DNA of 62,234 nt from an uncultured Rhodohalobacter sp. (lineage in GTDB: Bacteria; Bacteroidota; Rhodothermia; Balneolales; Balneolaceae), in contig CAYOLE010000001.1 of assembly GCA_964404705.1 (NCBI GenBank), forward strand, positions 1-62,234, read 5' to 3'. The stretch's first letter is position 1. Each line of letters starts with the position of its first letter. Positions 59,491 through 62,234 of the stretch are shown here, piece after piece. The translations under genes were made by a program, and so were the position numbers. The notes beneath the pieces were generated by a model. The model made no database searches and had not been told where the DNA came from. It saw nothing but the letters and a program-made list of their open reading frames with translations.

Positions 59491-60502
59491 TCAGGCAGAG
59501 ATAATTGAACAAACCAAACCAAATGTAGGATTTTGTGGTATCGGATGGATTGGCAAAAACAGGCTCTTAGCCATACATGACAACCATTCCTGCAATATTA
59601 AAGCAGCCGTTGATCCTGATACATCGGTGATTAATAAATTAAAACAGGAAATTAGTGATATCCAATCGTATGAATCCTTTGAAGATATGCTGGAAAGTGA
59701 CATTGAAGGAGTTGTTATAGCTTCACCCAGTGCACTGCATGCTGCACAAGCTCTGAAAGCATTAGAAAAGGGGAAGGCTGTATTTTGTCAAAAACCGCTC
59801 GGCAGAAATGAAAAAGAAACAAGAGAGGTAGTAAAAGCCGCACGTGAAAGGGACCTTCTGTTGGGAGTTGATTTCTCTTACCGCTATTCAGAAGCAGCGC
59901 AAATAGTGAAAAAGACGATTCAATCAGGAGAGCTTGGCAGAATATTTGGGATTAACCTAATCTTTCACAATGCCTATGGCCCTGGTAAAACATGGTATTA
60001 TGATGTCCGGCAATCCGGTGGTGGTTGTGTAATGGACCTGGGCATTCACCTGATAGACCTTCTTTTTTGGGTAATGGATGATCCGCAAATAGATAACATA
60101 CACAGCCATTTGTTTCACAACGGAAATAAACTTGAGAAAAGTGATAATGAAGTAGAAGATTACGCAACTGCGCAGTTTACTGTTAATGATAATGCCGCAG
60201 CCCAGCTTACCTGTTCATGGAATCTATCTGCTGGGAAAGACGCAATTATTGAAGCATCGTTTTATGGTGAAAAGGGCGGAATAGCCTTTCGCAACCGGGA
60301 TGGATCATTTTACGATTTCGTATCTGAAAAATATACAGGTACATCCGCACAGATTTTAACAGAACCTCCTGATTCCTGGCCTGGAAAAGCCGCCGTCCGG
60401 TGGAGTAACAAACTTGCTGAAAACAACAGGTACGATCCAGAAACAATGACGTATGTGAAAGTTTCCCGAACGCTTGATCTTATCTATAAAAATAGTTCCT
60501 GA
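59483..60502 (+). CDS. Gfo/Idh/MocA oxidoreductase
   Basis: GIGWIG, IASPSALH, FCQKP and GGGCVMDLGIH; start tentatively set at TTG 59483, overlapping the upstream stop. Confidence 0.88.
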   Translation: MDNQAEIIEQTKPNVGFCGIGWIGKNRLLAIHDNHSCNIKAAVDPDTSVINKLKQEISDIQSYESFEDMLESDIEGVVIASPSALHAAQALKALEKGKAVFCQKPLGRNEKETREVVKAARERDLLLGVDFSYRYSEAAQIVKKTIQSGELGRIFGINLIFHNAYGPGKTWYYDVRQSGGGCVMDLGIHLIDLLFWVMDDPQIDNIHSHLFHNGNKLEKSDNEVEDYATAQFTVNDNAAAQLTCSWNLSAGKDAIIEASFYGEKGGIAFRNRDGSFYDFVSEKYTGTSAQILTEPPDSWPGKAAVRWSNKLAENNRYDPETMTYVKVSRTLDLIYKNSS

Positions 60503-61635
60503 TGATAACATCAAAACCAGATACAATCCTGATGACGGCCGATACCATAGGAGGTGTATGGACGTATGCGATGGACATCTGCAGGGTCCTTCAGAAGCAT
60601 AACGTTGATGTGCATATTGCTACCATGGGGTCACCACTCAGCAAAGATCAAAATACAGAAGCTGCAGAATTGTCTAATGTTGAAATACATGAAAGCGATT
60701 TTTCTCTTGAATGGATGGAGAATCCCTGGAAGGATGTCGAAGAAGCGGGGGAGTGGCTTTTGCAGCTGGAGCACCAGGTTCAGCCGGATGTTATTCACCT
60801 CAATAATTATGTGCACGGCAATTTACCATGGCAGGCACCGGTATTGGCAGTTGGTCATTCTTGTGTTCTTTCCTGGTGGGAAGCTGTAAACGGACAACAG
60901 GCTCCTGAGAAATGGAATACATATAGAGAAAAGGTTAGGCAAGGGTTGCAGCAGGTTGATTGTGTGGTTGCTGTCAGCCATCATATGATGAAAAATCTTC
61001 AAAAATTTTATGGTCCTTTTACTGCAACCGAAATTATCTACAATACACGAAATGCGGAACAATATCATCCCAATGAAAAGGAACAAATTATTTTCAGTAT
61101 GGGACGTTTCTGGGATGAGGCAAAAAACATCGCTTCGATTGCGCAGATTGCTAAAAAACTATACTGGCCGGTAAATGCAGCCGGAGATTTCGGCGGGGCT
61201 TCAATTGCAGAGGCTGAAGACATAACTCTCCTTGGAAAAATTTCACAGGCAGCTGCTGCGGAATGGTTATCTAAAGCAAGTATTTATGTTATGCCGGCGA
61301 AATATGAACCTTTTGGTCTTTCCATTCTTGAAGCGGCCTTATCGGAATGTGCACTTGTAGTGGGGGATATTCCAAGCCTGAAGGAAATTTGGGGGGATGC
61401 TGCATCTTATGCTGATCCAGATAATCCGGAAGAGCTGCAATACAGGATAAATGAATTGATCGAAAACCCTATAAAATTAAAGGCAAAAGCCAAGGAAGCC
61501 CGAAACCATGCCCGCCGTTATTCAGTGGATCTTTTTGAACTCAACTACCTCAATTTATATTGCAAAATGATCTTTCTGGAGAAAAAACATCTTCAGCAGC
61601 GGAATCAATCTGAACCTATAAAGATGTCCACATGA
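60502..61635 (+). CDS. GT4 glycosyltransferase
   Basis: MTADTIGGVWTY, GRFWDEAKN and EPFGLSILEAA (EX7E). Confidence 0.92.
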   Translation: MITSKPDTILMTADTIGGVWTYAMDICRVLQKHNVDVHIATMGSPLSKDQNTEAAELSNVEIHESDFSLEWMENPWKDVEEAGEWLLQLEHQVQPDVIHLNNYVHGNLPWQAPVLAVGHSCVLSWWEAVNGQQAPEKWNTYREKVRQGLQQVDCVVAVSHHMMKNLQKFYGPFTATEIIYNTRNAEQYHPNEKEQIIFSMGRFWDEAKNIASIAQIAKKLYWPVNAAGDFGGASIAEAEDITLLGKISQAAAAEWLSKASIYVMPAKYEPFGLSILEAALSECALVVGDIPSLKEIWGDAASYADPDNPEELQYRINELIENPIKLKAKAKEARNHARRYSVDLFELNYLNLYCKMIFLEKKHLQQRNQSEPIKMST

Positions 61636-62234
61636 AAATACTTCTGTTTTATCACTCTTTGGTTTCTGACTGGAATCACGGGAATGCTCATTTTTTAAGG
61701 GGAATAACTACTGAGCTGTTAAAAAGAGGGCATAATGTACAGGTTTTTGAACCTCATGATGGCTGGAGTTATGTACATTGGAAAGAGGAGATTGGAATTG
61801 AAGGTATTAAGGGTTTTAAAGAAGCGTTTCCTTCTCTGCATACCCATTTTTATAGCAGCCCAAAGGATTATTATCAGGAATTGAAAGACGCAGATTTGGT
61901 TATTGCCCATGAATGGAATGAGCCAGATCTGATAAAAGAGCTGGGTGATTTAAAAAAAGAGTATCAGTATAAACTGCTATTTCATGATACTCACCATCGG
62001 TCTGTGACTTCACCTGAAGAAATAAAAAAATATGATCTGTCGGAATATGAGGGGGTTTTGGCATTTGGTGAAAAGATCAGAAACCAATACCTGAAAAATA
62101 ACTGGGCAGAGCGGGCCTGGACCTGGCACGAAGCTGCGGATACGAATCTATTTAAACCGGTGAAGAATAGAACCACTCAGGGAGATCTTGTTTGGGTAGG
62201 GAACTGGGGTGATGACGAACGAACAGAAGAGATC
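61632..62234 (+). CDS. CgeB-like glycosyltransferase, truncated by the window end
   Basis: Absent from the ORF track because it has no stop in the window; ATG 61632 overlaps the upstream TGA; reads MKILLFYHSLVSDWNHGNAHFLRG...FHDTHHRSV...WHEAADT...WVGNWGDDER. Confidence 0.85.
   Translation, partial: MKILLFYHSLVSDWNHGNAHFLRGITTELLKRGHNVQVFEPHDGWSYVHWKEEIGIEGIKGFKEAFPSLHTHFYSSPKDYYQELKDADLVIAHEWNEPDLIKELGDLKKEYQYKLLFHDTHHRSVTSPEEIKKYDLSEYEGVLAFGEKIRNQYLKNNWAERAWTWHEAADTNLFKPVKNRTTQGDLVWVGNWGDDERTEEI

Overview
A gene-dense bacterial chromosomal segment. Gene content (T9SS-type C-terminal sorting domain, fused E1 alpha/beta 2-oxoacid dehydrogenase, class I FbaB, acidic secreted proteins, mostly SD-less starts) suggests an FCB-group organism, most likely Balneolota/Rhodothermota-like; this is inference, not a database result. 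Housekeeping genes include serS, serA, dusB, fbaB, radA, rpsU, mutY, fumC, ctaA, ctaB, udk, an amidase and a cold-shock protein. Five accessory modules stand out. (1) An apparently complete ceramide/glycosphingolipid locus: CerR-like reductase divergent from two GT4s, Spt and a bCerS-like GNAT (16.6-22.4 kb). (2) A TonB receptor paired with a T9SS beta-helix-like protein and no SusD (31.0-35.7 kb). (3) A 3-keto-glycoside oxidation cluster (39.8-44.5 kb). (4) An orphan cassette of a TPR/FG-GAP lipoprotein, an UnbV-like protein and an UnbU/RnfD-like protein with no enediyne PKS (44.7-50.8 kb). (5) A probable stress island with DUF421, a CYP152 and a nucleotide-sugar/CgeB-type operon containing a glycoside hydrolase-epimerase fusion, running off the right edge (51.8-62.2 kb). 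The 35.7-37.2 kb region holds a candidate structured RNA, an 11-bp-period direct repeat, a REP-like doublet and a 125-bp MITE. No rRNA, tRNA, CRISPR array or transposase was recognised. All family calls come from motif recognition by eye, without searches.
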